Shown here one piece after another: positions 26,473 through 37,421 of a stretch of 64,000 nucleotides of DNA (position 1 is the first letter of the stretch; every line of letters begins with the position of its first letter). The position numbers and the translations under genes are program-made. The notes beneath the pieces were generated by a model. That model searched no databases. It was given only the letters and a program-made list of their open reading frames with translations, and had not been told where the DNA came from. The stretch is from NCBI RefSeq assembly GCF_027921745.1, contig NC_079240.1:1426001-1490000 (forward strand), in the 5' to 3' direction. The stretch comes from Schizosaccharomyces osmophilus. Its lineage: Eukaryota.

Positions 26473-29400
26473 ATGTCCAATTCATCGTTCCCTGCTACTG
26501 ACCTATTTCCTCACCTTTCTTCCGATGAACAGCCGCCTATGATCCATAGCACTGCTGACCCTTCTTCAACAGGAACAGATATTTCTGAACCTGCACCTTG
26601 CCAAGCTCCTTCTACGGAACCGTCATTCTTCGACAACGCAAACACAAAGACCGAACCTGCTGAGGAACCTGTTACAGAGGCTCGCAAACTTTCTTCTGAT
26701 CCCTCTAGTGCTGTCGCTCGGGAGATTCAATCAAAGCTTTCTTTATCAAAATCCCATTCTTTTGATGAATCTGTTGAAACTCCGTCAACAAATCCTGTAA
26801 ACGAGTCCCCTAAATACAAGGAAGAAGATTCACAGGATTATGCGGATGCTGATTCTGAGTCTTCTTTTGCTGAAGCATCTGAACACTTGAAAGACTTAAA
26901 GAATTCAGAAGATGAGAAGAATGAAGAGATAGATCCGGAGCTATCGCGTCGTGTTGCTTTACGTGAACGTATGGCGAAAATGAGCGGCGGCCTCGGTATG
27001 CAAGCTTTTGGCTTACCCGGAATGGCTGCTCCTTCTCAAATAAAGTCTATGAAAAAGAGCTCTGAACCAGAGTCTGAGCATGAACGTCAACCTATCAATA
27101 ATCCTTCAAAGCTCGACTTAAACTCAAACAAACCACAAGAGTCTGCTGTTCCTTCAGGAAGATCTATAACTCCTGAGCAAGGTTCCCCGCAACCTTCTAC
27201 CTACACAGAAGAAAAGTCTGAACCAAACATTGACGAGGAGATATCCAACAGTTCTCAAAGTACTACTCTTCCTGGGTCCGTGGAGCATATTCCTGTAACT
27301 GAGGATTTTAAGAGGCAAGGGAAAAAGGAAGAACCATCCCCTCCTTCGATTATCACTGACTTCAGCCGCCAAAGTAATCCTCAGGTGGAAGAGGTTTTGC
27401 CTCTTTCACAGACTCCCGTTATTGCACGTCTTAAGCCTCATCATGCCAATAATTCTTCTGGCGGCCAGTCTTCGACTTCTGCAGTTGATCCTGCTCATGC
27501 TGTTCGTAGAGTTATTGATTCCATTGATCCTCCAAAGGACACAGTGGGCGGGACCGCTGCCGACGTAGAGTCTGCCGCAAATTCACCAATTTCACCTCCT
27601 CGATCTTTGAATAGTCGTGAACAGTCCCCTGATGGGAAGTATTCTTCCAATAACACCGACTTTACAGAACGAAGGTTGCCCAGCCGTATCACAGAAGTTT
27701 CAGAATCCCAGACTTCTGATGTTGAAAGAGCTCACTCTCAGCGTTCTGCTCATCGCCCATCTCTTACAACACTTCCATCTATAAAGTTTAACAAAATGCA
27801 GACTCTTGCTAATTTCAACGAGGAACTAGATGATTTGCCTGCTGTTCCTCGTATATTTAGTCCCCCACCTTTACCCAAAACTCCTTCTGGTGAGTTTGGT
27901 GACAGCGAATTCATTCAGCCAAAAAGACAGTTGAACACGACATTTATTCCGGGTCATCAAACTAAGCCATCGACTGCTTCTTCCTTGCGAAACCCTGTTT
28001 CAATTTCTACTTCGGGTGGCCGACCTGTCCTTTCTGATGAGCCCGACGAAGCTGATACCCCTGAAGAACCCGATTCCCCAGATTCTTTTACCGAACATCC
28101 TCTTCCTGCAGTTCCTGTGTCTGCTGATCCTGTCAAGGAAGCTAGTGGTTCGACAAAATATATTCATACCCAGCGTAAGCCAAGTATTATTGCTCCAACT
28201 CCAAGTGTACCTGCAACATCTCCACCGCCAATTCCGGTGTTTCCTATAAATACTGAACCAAAAGCTCCTTCAGTTTCACCTCCTCCTGTTCCCAACGTTA
28301 AGTCTGAAGAATCCCGTTATGAATCGTCTGTTTCTCCTTCGGCACCGGTACCTGAAACCAATCAGAATAACTCACTGACCCAGGATATTACACAGTTAGG
28401 AAACAGTATGCGTTTGCCTACTAGGCTTGTTCGTCCCTCTTCTGCTGGGAGAAAAGCATCAGGTCCTCGACCGGTAGCACCTCCTTCTATTCCACCTCCA
28501 CCTCCTGTTTCTATGAGCAAATCAGAGGTATCGAAAGGGCCAGTACTACCAGCTCCAACTTCATCTCCTCCAGTTCCTCCACCCGTGCATCATCAAGCGC
28601 CTCCTGCTCCTTCTACAGTTCTACCCTCTGTTCCTCCTCCTACGGCGGATGTGCCACCCGTACCAGTATCTCCTTTTTCTTCTCAAGATTTTAAGAGTAG
28701 CTCAAGTCCCAGTGTTTCACAAATTTCGGAACCCAACAATCAGGAAGTAAGTCCTACTGCTATGCCACAAAATAGCGATTCTGTCTCAAGGAATTCTATT
28801 TCGTCTATGTCTATACGCCAAGCCCCTGATGTCAACCCTCCTCCTCTCGTTCAGAGGCCATCACAAAGATCAATGAGATCTACTGCTTCCGTTAAACGGC
28901 CTTCTATTGTCGCCACAAATGGTCCATTCAATGACGCTTATGTCGCTAAGATTGTTGATACTTGTGCTGAACAAAAATGGTGGCTTGACTCTAGCACGGT
29001 GCCCAATTCCGTAGTGAATTTGGATGATTCTGTTTTGTACATGATTAGAGAAGGTACGACGGGTCCAAACAAACATTTCAAGTCTGTACACATCTTGTTT
29101 TATGACTATAGCCAGACGGTTTTGACTTCTACATTTAATCCTGCTACGCATTATGTAACTCAACTTTCGCAGTTACAATTGGCACCTCCAGCGCAGCCCT
29201 CTAAGGAGCGACTTGCCCAAGAATTTGAATGCTATGGTAACACTATTTTGAGAAAAGCGAAGGCTTCTCAGGGGCTTACTGTTGGAGATGGTACTGCGTA
29301 TGCCTTTGTTAGTTCTGTACTCGATAATCTTACTCAAAATATCGAGCCAATTAATAAGCGTACTTTCGGTGCTATTGTGTACGCCAATGACTCAAATGTT

Positions 29401-29691
29401 ACTATTCAACAAAATGGTGAAATCAAGGCTGGCGACATTGTCACCTTTGAGAATGTTAAATTGAGCGGTCAAAAAGGCACGCTTCGTCACAAGTACGCTT
29501 TTGAAGTGGGAAGACCAATCCATGTTGGCATTGTTGCAGAGTGGGAAGTTTCAAGGATGAAAATACGCGCTTTAGAACAAGGACGCGAATCGAAGAAGGT
29601 TTCATTAGTTAGTTATAAACTTGGTGATCTGAAGAGTGGTAAAATAACGGTTTGGCGTACGATGCGACGATCATGGTTAAGCTGGACATAG
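26473..29691 (+). CDS. bbc1: Proline-rich actin-patch protein Bbc1/Mti1
   Basis: RRVALRERMAKMSGG motif, proline-rich middle, and the conserved Bbc1/Aim3-type C-terminal domain (GDIVTF..VKLSGQKG..HVGIVAEW..KIRALEQ..SYKLGDLKSG.ITVWR). Confidence 0.88.
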   Translation: MSNSSFPATDLFPHLSSDEQPPMIHSTADPSSTGTDISEPAPCQAPSTEPSFFDNANTKTEPAEEPVTEARKLSSDPSSAVAREIQSKLSLSKSHSFDESVETPSTNPVNESPKYKEEDSQDYADADSESSFAEASEHLKDLKNSEDEKNEEIDPELSRRVALRERMAKMSGGLGMQAFGLPGMAAPSQIKSMKKSSEPESEHERQPINNPSKLDLNSNKPQESAVPSGRSITPEQGSPQPSTYTEEKSEPNIDEEISNSSQSTTLPGSVEHIPVTEDFKRQGKKEEPSPPSIITDFSRQSNPQVEEVLPLSQTPVIARLKPHHANNSSGGQSSTSAVDPAHAVRRVIDSIDPPKDTVGGTAADVESAANSPISPPRSLNSREQSPDGKYSSNNTDFTERRLPSRITEVSESQTSDVERAHSQRSAHRPSLTTLPSIKFNKMQTLANFNEELDDLPAVPRIFSPPPLPKTPSGEFGDSEFIQPKRQLNTTFIPGHQTKPSTASSLRNPVSISTSGGRPVLSDEPDEADTPEEPDSPDSFTEHPLPAVPVSADPVKEASGSTKYIHTQRKPSIIAPTPSVPATSPPPIPVFPINTEPKAPSVSPPPVPNVKSEESRYESSVSPSAPVPETNQNNSLTQDITQLGNSMRLPTRLVRPSSAGRKASGPRPVAPPSIPPPPPVSMSKSEVSKGPVLPAPTSSPPVPPPVHHQAPPAPSTVLPSVPPPTADVPPVPVSPFSSQDFKSSSSPSVSQISEPNNQEVSPTAMPQNSDSVSRNSISSMSIRQAPDVNPPPLVQRPSQRSMRSTASVKRPSIVATNGPFNDAYVAKIVDTCAEQKWWLDSSTVPNSVVNLDDSVLYMIREGTTGPNKHFKSVHILFYDYSQTVLTSTFNPATHYVTQLSQLQLAPPAQPSKERLAQEFECYGNTILRKAKASQGLTVGDGTAYAFVSSVLDNLTQNIEPINKRTFGAIVYANDSNVTIQQNGEIKAGDIVTFENVKLSGQKGTLRHKYAFEVGRPIHVGIVAEWEVSRMKIRALEQGRESKKVSLVSYKLGDLKSGKITVWRTMRRSWLSWT

Positions 29692-30411
29692 ACAAAAGCC
29701 TTCCTTACATTTACTTTAAAGCGTTTGTTTTTGGATGATTTACGTTCATTTTATGCATATTTTTATTCTTCGATAATTGACTTATACGAGTCCCTACCTT
29801 ACATATGATATCTGACTACACGTTGATTTACTTGTATTATAAGAATGGTAATTAAACAAATGTATGTTTAGACATTACTGATGATATTAAGATAAAGTCC
29901 AAGAAAAAATATTCAAGTAGTATGTGCAAATCCACATGACCAGGATGTAGTTGTAATATAATTTTCAATACTCAATTAAACATTATTTTTTTCTATCACC
30001 TTTAAATTTAATATACAATAGCTTTAAAATTAGTACTGGTAATCAATCCCATTGGATTCTGCACTTAAACATATTAGAATTATTCTGAGTTTTCGCTCAT
30101 GAATGAAATAGTGAGTAAACTCAGGAAAATTAGTTGCAGTAGAAACGAAGGATAATAGTAAAAGGCTAATCAAAAATATTGATAACATAAGCAGAAAACC
30201 ATTGCAAGTAATAAATAACATATGAAGATTCTGGAGAGAAATGGAACATCATCGTAACCGGTCAAAAACGTAGGAAGTAAAGCTGGAATGTAGAGAGGAA
30301 GATAAGACAATTTGTGCTAGCAAAAGTTCCAAACAAGTAAATCAACGAAGAAAAAGGGAAATTAAAGAGGGAGTAGTACTTTACAAGTTGTGAAAAAGAG
30401 GAAAAGGAATA

Positions 30412-31314
30412 TTACGACGAGGTTTTAGGTGATGAATCAGATGCGTCTTCAACGTCAAGATTGACTGCCAGATTGTTTCTTGTATTTTGAGCACTGTTTG
30501 CCATAACAGGCTCTTCAGCTACCGCTTTCAAGTCCTTATAGAAAAAGGAGTTCAGCTCATCAGGTTCCATAGCAAAAACTCCTTGTCCTCCAAGGAAAGG
30601 TCCTGAATAAGGCGCAACACGAAGTTGTCCATTTTTGTACATTGTGTACGAAATACGGTATTCCTTAGAAAAGAGTGGGAAAGTCCTATTCCGAGACACG
30701 GTGCGAGTTTTGGGTAATCTAAGAACCAAACCGCCTAAACCATAATGAGCGGTAGAAGTGTCTGAATTCAAGGTATGTGCAGTCAGTTTTCGATGGTGAT
30801 ATCCACTATTAGACTCATATTTGGGTGTAACGTGTGAAGTTATTAAAGGTACGTTACTGTACTGTATGCCACCGGCTACATTAAATTTTCTGAAATTCGG
30901 GTTTTCTATAGGAGTATAGTCATTCAACTTTTGGCTTCGAGAACCAAATCGATTGTGACTCTTTGGCTCAGTTGTTTTGGAGTCCTTAGCCAACTCCTGG
31001 GCTATTGCCTGCTCTGCCGGATCCCTTACGAATCCAGCATCAAACCAGTTTCGTAAAAGGCGAACGAATCGTGCGCTTGACTTAAAGTCCATTTGATTGT
31101 ATACACTATCCAGCTCATTCACGGAAATAAATCTTGTTTTCACCCGGGGTAAATTTCGTTTACAGCCCCAATCCCCGCGAGCTCCCTCTGCTTGTTTTGT
31201 TGTTAATGATTGCTGCAAAGGGAACAGGCTGTTTGCCGTAGATGAACTGGACTCTGGGAAACATTTTGTCAAAGACACAGCCCTCGAATTTCGTAATAAA
31301 TTTGCAAAACTCAT
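30412..31314 (-). CDS. mrp51: Mitochondrial small-subunit ribosomal protein Mrp51
   Basis: MSFANLLRNSR, RGDWGCKRNLP, ELDS and AGGIQY, typical of the Mrp51 family. Confidence 0.85.
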   Translation of the reverse strand: MSFANLLRNSRAVSLTKCFPESSSSTANSLFPLQQSLTTKQAEGARGDWGCKRNLPRVKTRFISVNELDSVYNQMDFKSSARFVRLLRNWFDAGFVRDPAEQAIAQELAKDSKTTEPKSHNRFGSRSQKLNDYTPIENPNFRKFNVAGGIQYSNVPLITSHVTPKYESNSGYHHRKLTAHTLNSDTSTAHYGLGGLVLRLPKTRTVSRNRTFPLFSKEYRISYTMYKNGQLRVAPYSGPFLGGQGVFAMEPDELNSFFYKDLKAVAEEPVMANSAQNTRNNLAVNLDVEDASDSSPKTSS

Positions 31315-31459
31315 GTCTTTTTTCCCTCTTTTTTTTTATGTAAAAATAGGTTTTATTTATACAAGATCAAATAAGTGACCTTCTTTATACGGAATACCTT
31401 GCTTCGTATTTGGTAAAAAAGGAACGTATGCTGACGGAGTAGATGCCATCCTTGATGTT

Positions 31460-31469
31460 AGGGTAGGGT
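31460..31469. promoter_or_regulatory. Homol E box (AGGGTAGGGT/ACCCTACCCT)
   Basis: Exact 10-mer about 145 nt upstream of the mrp51 ATG. Confidence 0.55.
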
Positions 31470-31544
31470 TATGGAGCTTACTCTTGGGCTTCCTATACTC
31501 ACTTCTAGAATCAAATTGGAATTAATGAGTGAATAGACGTGAAA

Positions 31545-34500
31545 TTATGTTGGTATAAGTGTTCTTAGCGCGTGGTATTCGTCTACTTCGGGTCCATCTG
31601 GGAAAAGGTCAAGATTGACATTCTGACCGATAAGCATTTTCAAAAGTATTAATGCTCCCCCTAGAATAGTATTAGTATATTTCTTACAGTATTTCCAATC
31701 AACACAATACTTACATTTGTCTAATACTTCTCCAGAGCAAATTCCTCCTTCAAACTGGATGCTTGTAATGCATTGAGGACAACCTTCGCGTATTTTACAT
31801 CCACAGTTTTGCAGACGATCTATTGCCATGATTACCAATTCGTCAACATACGTATAGGCTTTCTTGCACAAGTTTGCTCCACCGCATTCACCACAGTTGT
31901 CGTAAAATATTAAACGTGATGGTCTTCTTCGCTCACTAGCTTCTTGCTTGAATTCTTTTTCACCTGACTTGCATTCCGTTCGTATATCGTTCCCGCCGTT
32001 TCCAGCGAATATTGGCATTAAGGACATTAAAGCATGCTGAGCAGCGTGTATACTTGCTGAACCGTTTATTTTTTTCCACGATAAAATCTCCACGATATGC
32101 CATGGAACATCAATCCAAAACCCACGGCTAATCATTTCAACCGGGTTATCCACAATATCAACGACGTCTAATATATCTCTCTGTTTATTAACTTTAAAGT
32201 AGCCAAATACATGTAATGTCACTGAGACGTTTCCTTGAAAGACATTAATATTACCTGACTGCAGGGTTTTTCTTGAGAGATTCCGTTGAGGATCAATGTC
32301 AGTATAATCTCTTTGAAGAGTAGACCATTCTACGTCTACCCTGTTACACGTAATTAACCTCCTTGGAATATTCAACGTTTTCACAATGAACGTCTTTCCT
32401 TGATATACATAAACAGCCCCTTCATAAGCACCAAGCATAACACGAAATGGTTCCAATTGCTCCAAAACAACGTTTCTATCATCGGTTACATCAACCAAGG
32501 TATACATGTCTTCATTGATGTTGCGAATTTGTACTTGGGCTGCAGGAAAAGGCAAGTATTTAGGGTGAGGAAAAAACAAATCTTTTTCGTTTTTTGCCAA
32601 ATGATCTTTGCATACTTCAGAGATTTCACCCTCAAAAAATCGACTGTCGCTCATTGTGTTTATCGGCAACTCAAAAGCCGCACACTGTAAATGATTTGCC
32701 ATCAAAGCTTCATTATCGAGATCCAATGTCAATTGTGCGTTAGGATGTGTGTGAATTAAGGTAGGGTGTTGTAAGTAATATTGATCTACAGGGAAGGTTT
32801 CAACAACGTATATCGCCATGGAGGATTTGTTTCGTCTTCCGGCCCTTCCAAATTGTTGTCGTAGATTAGATAATGAGCTTGGAAAACCAACGGTGATGGC
32901 TGCGTCTAGGGAGCCTATGTCAATACCTAATTCGAGGGCGTTCGTTGCAACAATTCCATAAAGGTTACCACAAAACATTTCTTTTTCTATTTTTCTCCTC
33001 TCTTGAACTGTATACCCAGCCCTGTAGCTTTGAATTTTCTCTAATAAGTACTCCTTACGAGATGCTTTCAGTTGTCCTCTTACCAATCTCATCAGTGATT
33101 CGCAAGCTTTTCGAATTCGGCAAAAGACTATAGTACGAACTTTTCTCTCAGCAAGATAAATAAGTAAATTAGCAGCCTCCATAATCGCCGGTTTCCTTCC
33201 TGAATTAACATTCTTTTTATCTACCAAAGGAGGATTCCACATTAAGAAATGCTTTGCACCCGAAGGCGAAGCTGTGTAATCTATAAGTCTTACATTTTTA
33301 ACTCCAAAAATCATGTTCATATGCCGTATTGGTTGTTCAATTGTAGCCGAACAAGAAACAAATCTATACCGATCATTGCTATAGTATTCTGCTATCCTTC
33401 GTAACCTTCTCATAATCATGGCAACATGAACACCGAAAATACCGTTATAAATATGTGCTTCGTCTAATACAAAAAGCTTCAAGTTTTTGAAAAAGCGATC
33501 CCATCGTTGATGGTTTGGTAAAATCGTCTGGTGCAACATATCCGGATTTGTAAAAATAATACTTGAGTTTTCAATTATTCCATTCCTTGATTCAATTGCT
33601 GTATCGCCATCAAATGTATCAATCCGTATATGAGCCAACGAAGGCATATAACTTAATACATCCATTAAAGATCGTTTCTGATCTTGTGCCAGAGCCTTTG
33701 TAGGAAAGACAAAAAAGGAAGTAGACTCTATGTCTTTTTCCAATTCATCCAAAATAGGTATTTGATAAATCAAGGACTTTCCACTGGAAGTACCTGTTGA
33801 AACGATGACATGAGTATTCTCCCAAAGAGCATTTATTGCATCGACTTGATGGGAATATAGTCTTTCGATATTCTTAGAACTGTATAAAGCATTTACCAAA
33901 CTTTGAGAAAGATTACGTTTCAAGTTTCCAAATCGCGGTTCAACAGCAGGGTATTGACATAAACTTTCTCGAACTATTTGACCTTCATAGGTACTTTCCT
34001 CAGCCAAATTCACTAGTACATCTTCAATTGAAGATGGAACCTTTAGTTCATGGTCCTCAACTGTCTTTGAGGGAGAATGTATTACAGCATCAGGAGGAAT
34101 AGGTATCCTTTTTTCAGCTTCTTCAATCAAATGCTCTTCCGGATTTATCTTTTTAGCATTGCAAAAACCTAAAAATTCTTGTAATCTCCGTGAAAAAATT
34201 GTATTGCGACTGTCGATTTCCTTCTTTAGTGCACTTATATCAAACTTCCCTTTCTGGATTCGTGATTTCATAGTAGGCCCCTCCTTTTTTTGACGTTTAA
34301 CTGTAGATTCAGAAGTTTGATTTAAACAAACTGTCAGAACGTAATTCGATTCCTGAGAGTGCTGGCCATCAGAGTATATTTGTTTAGGAATATCTGCGTA
34401 AACATTCTTGTTCATTTCCATTGCCAAGCTGTCAAATGACTTATAATTTAACTCAATTAGGTCTGGAACGACTGTTTTAAGCTGGGATAATTCCAAAAGT

Positions 34501-34790
34501 GAGAGATCTCTTTTTAAGGATTGACGTACGCTAGAGTTTAACAAGGGAAACGTTATTGTTAAAGAATTTCTTGAATAAAGAAAAGTATATGTTGTATTGA
34601 TGATCTTGAATACATCAAACAAAGTATTTAAAGCAGGCGAAAGTCTCGTCGACTCTAAATCAACATCATGACTACGTTTTTTTGAAGGTCTCTTTGGTTT
34701 CTGAAGATATAAAGTATTTATGCCCGATTCATTTTTTATTCCATCCAAATTTATATCATCATTTTCCTGCTTAACGGGCGAATCTACCAT
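31545..34790 (-). CDS. hrq1: RecQ4-like DNA helicase Hrq1; 2 exons
   Basis: TGTSSGKS, PTKALAQDQ, DEAH, SAT, ATNALELGIDIG, QQFGRAGRR and a C-terminal zinc module (ECKS..CGC..GCPQC). In-frame 54-nt intron 31714-31661 (GTAAGT..TACTAAT..TAG) is read through in the ORF track. Confidence 0.93.
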   Translation of the reverse strand: MVDSPVKQENDDINLDGIKNESGINTLYLQKPKRPSKKRSHDVDLESTRLSPALNTLFDVFKIINTTYTFLYSRNSLTITFPLLNSSVRQSLKRDLSLLELSQLKTVVPDLIELNYKSFDSLAMEMNKNVYADIPKQIYSDGQHSQESNYVLTVCLNQTSESTVKRQKKEGPTMKSRIQKGKFDISALKKEIDSRNTIFSRRLQEFLGFCNAKKINPEEHLIEEAEKRIPIPPDAVIHSPSKTVEDHELKVPSSIEDVLVNLAEESTYEGQIVRESLCQYPAVEPRFGNLKRNLSQSLVNALYSSKNIERLYSHQVDAINALWENTHVIVSTGTSSGKSLIYQIPILDELEKDIESTSFFVFPTKALAQDQKRSLMDVLSYMPSLAHIRIDTFDGDTAIESRNGIIENSSIIFTNPDMLHQTILPNHQRWDRFFKNLKLFVLDEAHIYNGIFGVHVAMIMRRLRRIAEYYSNDRYRFVSCSATIEQPIRHMNMIFGVKNVRLIDYTASPSGAKHFLMWNPPLVDKKNVNSGRKPAIMEAANLLIYLAERKVRTIVFCRIRKACESLMRLVRGQLKASRKEYLLEKIQSYRAGYTVQERRKIEKEMFCGNLYGIVATNALELGIDIGSLDAAITVGFPSSLSNLRQQFGRAGRRNKSSMAIYVVETFPVDQYYLQHPTLIHTHPNAQLTLDLDNEALMANHLQCAAFELPINTMSDSRFFEGEISEVCKDHLAKNEKDLFFPHPKYLPFPAAQVQIRNINEDMYTLVDVTDDRNVVLEQLEPFRVMLGAYEGAVYVYQGKTFIVKTLNIPRRLITCNRVDVEWSTLQRDYTDIDPQRNLSRKTLQSGNINVFQGNVSVTLHVFGYFKVNKQRDILDVVDIVDNPVEMISRGFWIDVPWHIVEILSWKKINGSASIHAAQHALMSLMPIFAGNGGNDIRTECKSGEKEFKQEASERRRPSRLIFYDNCGECGGANLCKKAYTYVDELVIMAIDRLQNCGCKIREGCPQCITSIQFEGGICSGEVLDKCKYCVDWKYCKKYTNTILGGALILLKMLIGQNVNLDLFPDGPEVDEYHALRTLIPT

Positions 34791-34920
34791 AACTAGAGCA
34801 AAGTGCTAGCTAGTTTAGTTCAAGAAGGAATTCAACAAATGATGCCACTTAAGAGACAGACAAGTGGTGAATAATAAAGTATTTCATTAATCAAGTAAAA
34901 ATATTTTTCATTAAAGTATA

Positions 34921-36605
34921 TCATTTTTTTAAATCTTCATCTTCCAGTAAGTCAGCTGGGAGTCTGAAAAATTTAACATCACGAACGGATTCAGGTAAAT
35001 ACTACCAGCATTAGTGACCTTCTACCAAAAAAAAGAAAAAGAAAATTACTTACCTCTTGCTTAACTAAACCATCTTTATAATCCGGATTATATTTGTATC
35101 CTTTATGATAGCCTAGTTGTTTCATCAAATTAGTGGGTGCATTTCGTATATGCAAAGGAATTTCAGCCCTTCCTGCATCAGGATTTACTGATAGAAATCG
35201 CTTAACATTATTGTAAGCTTTGTAAACATCCACAGACTTTGGAGCCATCGCCAAAGCAACGGCACAATGGGCCAATATGACATCCGCTTCCGGCATCCCA
35301 ACCTGTTGTACAGAAGTAAATGTGCTTGAAGCCAACGGAAGCATTGAATTATCAGCTGTTCCGATATCCTCACTAGCAATGCGTACCATCCTACGAGCGA
35401 CGTACAATGGATCTTCACCAGATTCCAACATACGTCCTAGGTAATAAAGAGAAGCATCAACATCGCAACCTCGTACAGACTTGTGGAAAGCAGAAATGGT
35501 ATCATAGTGTACATCACCAACGCGATCATACACAGCTGAGGAGCGTACTAACTTTTCCTTAATTTCTTCCAAAGTAATGGGGCCTTGACGCAATAATCCT
35601 ATAGCCATTTCCAAACAATTTAAAGCCATTCTAGCATCTCCATCGGTGATAGCTGAAACATATTCCAATATTGAAGGATCAATATTGGGTATTTCACCAA
35701 GTCGATCTCTTTCTAATTGGCAGCCATGTTCCAAAATTTTCAAAACATGCTTTTTATCTAGTTTTTTTAAGACAAATACGGGGCAACGAGAAATGAGGGC
35801 AGAGTTAAGACGAAACGAAGGGTTCCTACAAGTTAGTAAAGCATTTCCAGCAAATCATTTATACATACTCGGTAGTAGCGCCTATTCTATATCAGTTAGA
35901 ATTGTTATCAATCTCATTACTTACAATGTGATTGAACCTTTCTCGACTAAAGGCACTATTATGTACATATTAGTAAAAAGGTTTCGTAAGGAAAGCAAAG
36001 TTCTTACAAAAGATATCTTGTTGGGCTCTATTGAAACGATGTACTTCGTCTAGAAACACTATGGTTTTGCTTCCAGTTAACCGAAGATGATTTTGAGATT
36101 CCTCAAATATTTTTCGACATTCTTGCACTGAAACCGAAGTAGCTGAAACCTCCAAAAATCTCGATTTCGTAGTAGCTGCAATGATTCTTGCTAAAGTGGT
36201 CTTTCCGGTACCACTATTTCCCCATAGAATCATTGATGGACATTCGTCATGTTCTATCATATTTCGAATAACTCCACGAGAACCTACTAATTCCTCCTGA
36301 CCGACATAATCTTCCAAAGTCGCCGGCCTTGCACGTTCAGCGAGAGGCCGTATATCTCTTTTAGAAGCTCTTGGTTTTTTGGTAGACGAAGCATTGACAG
36401 AACCCTGTGAAGGACAAGAGGAAGGAGTATTTCGTTTTAAAGGACTAGGTTTTTCTTTCTTAAAAAACGGTGAAACTTGTTTCGGAGGGGATGATGCTGC
36501 AGGTTTTTCAAAATGAGAATCTAAATGAGCATTTATGTCTGATAGGTCGACTTCTTGACCGCAAGTTGGACAATTACATTTTTGGCCTTGCTCGTTTTTT
36601 AACAT
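34921..36605 (-). CDS. mgs1: AAA+ ATPase Mgs1/WRNIP1 with N-terminal UBZ zinc finger; 5 exons
   Basis: Exons 36605-36008, 35955-35925, 35886-35869, 35825-35054, 35001-34921. [38 protein letters not shown], spliced [27 protein letters not shown]. Confidence 0.93.
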
Positions 36606-37421
36606 TTTGACGCGACTTATTTGCTGTGAAAAATCTTGAACGCGTCAAATACGTATAGTCCGTTCCTTGAAAGTAAATTTGGCGGTTCCAAGTCCAAACG
36701 TTTAATCAATTTACCTTTAATTTTTAAATTAAATTCTGCAGAAGTTTTGTAATCCAAATACCTAATCCGATAAAAGTTTGAAGTGTGATGCTGAGTAGGG
36801 AATCCAAGAAATACTTGACAGGAGCGAGATGACAACCAAACTATTTAAACACAGTCTTTCCTAATCTAAATGGTTATAAAATGCCTTAATTCAACCATTA
36901 AATAATGGACTGCCCATCTTGACTCATTTTCTAATGTCGTTAAGTATTTCATGTGCGTCAGTCTCAAAGAACACAATCATAACGGGTAAGGTAATTGACA
37001 TTAGTATGCTCTTTAAGCATTATTGATTTCTATAGTCCTTATATTATATGGAATGAGCGGCTGTGCGACAATATTGTATTATTCAAATGACAATAAAACT
37101 GCTTCAGACTTGAAACTTACGACGAGTGAAATTTAGATTAAACTTAACATCTTCGTATTGCTTTAATACTTCTCGTGATAGCAGTGAAACGGGTGCTAAT
37201 CGATATACAATAAGACTTTGCTGTATATTTGGCTTTTATTAAAATCCTGCTTTCATGAAGGGCATCTGTTTCAACTAGAATTGCAAATTTTCAGGATTTC
37301 TTCGACAACTGAACAAGAAGAGCTATATGATAGCAAATAGCAAATATAAAGGCTTTCATTGAAGTAATAACATAAAAGAAGAAATTACATTGAATAAAGC
37401 TTTCCTTGTTTGGGAAAAAGG

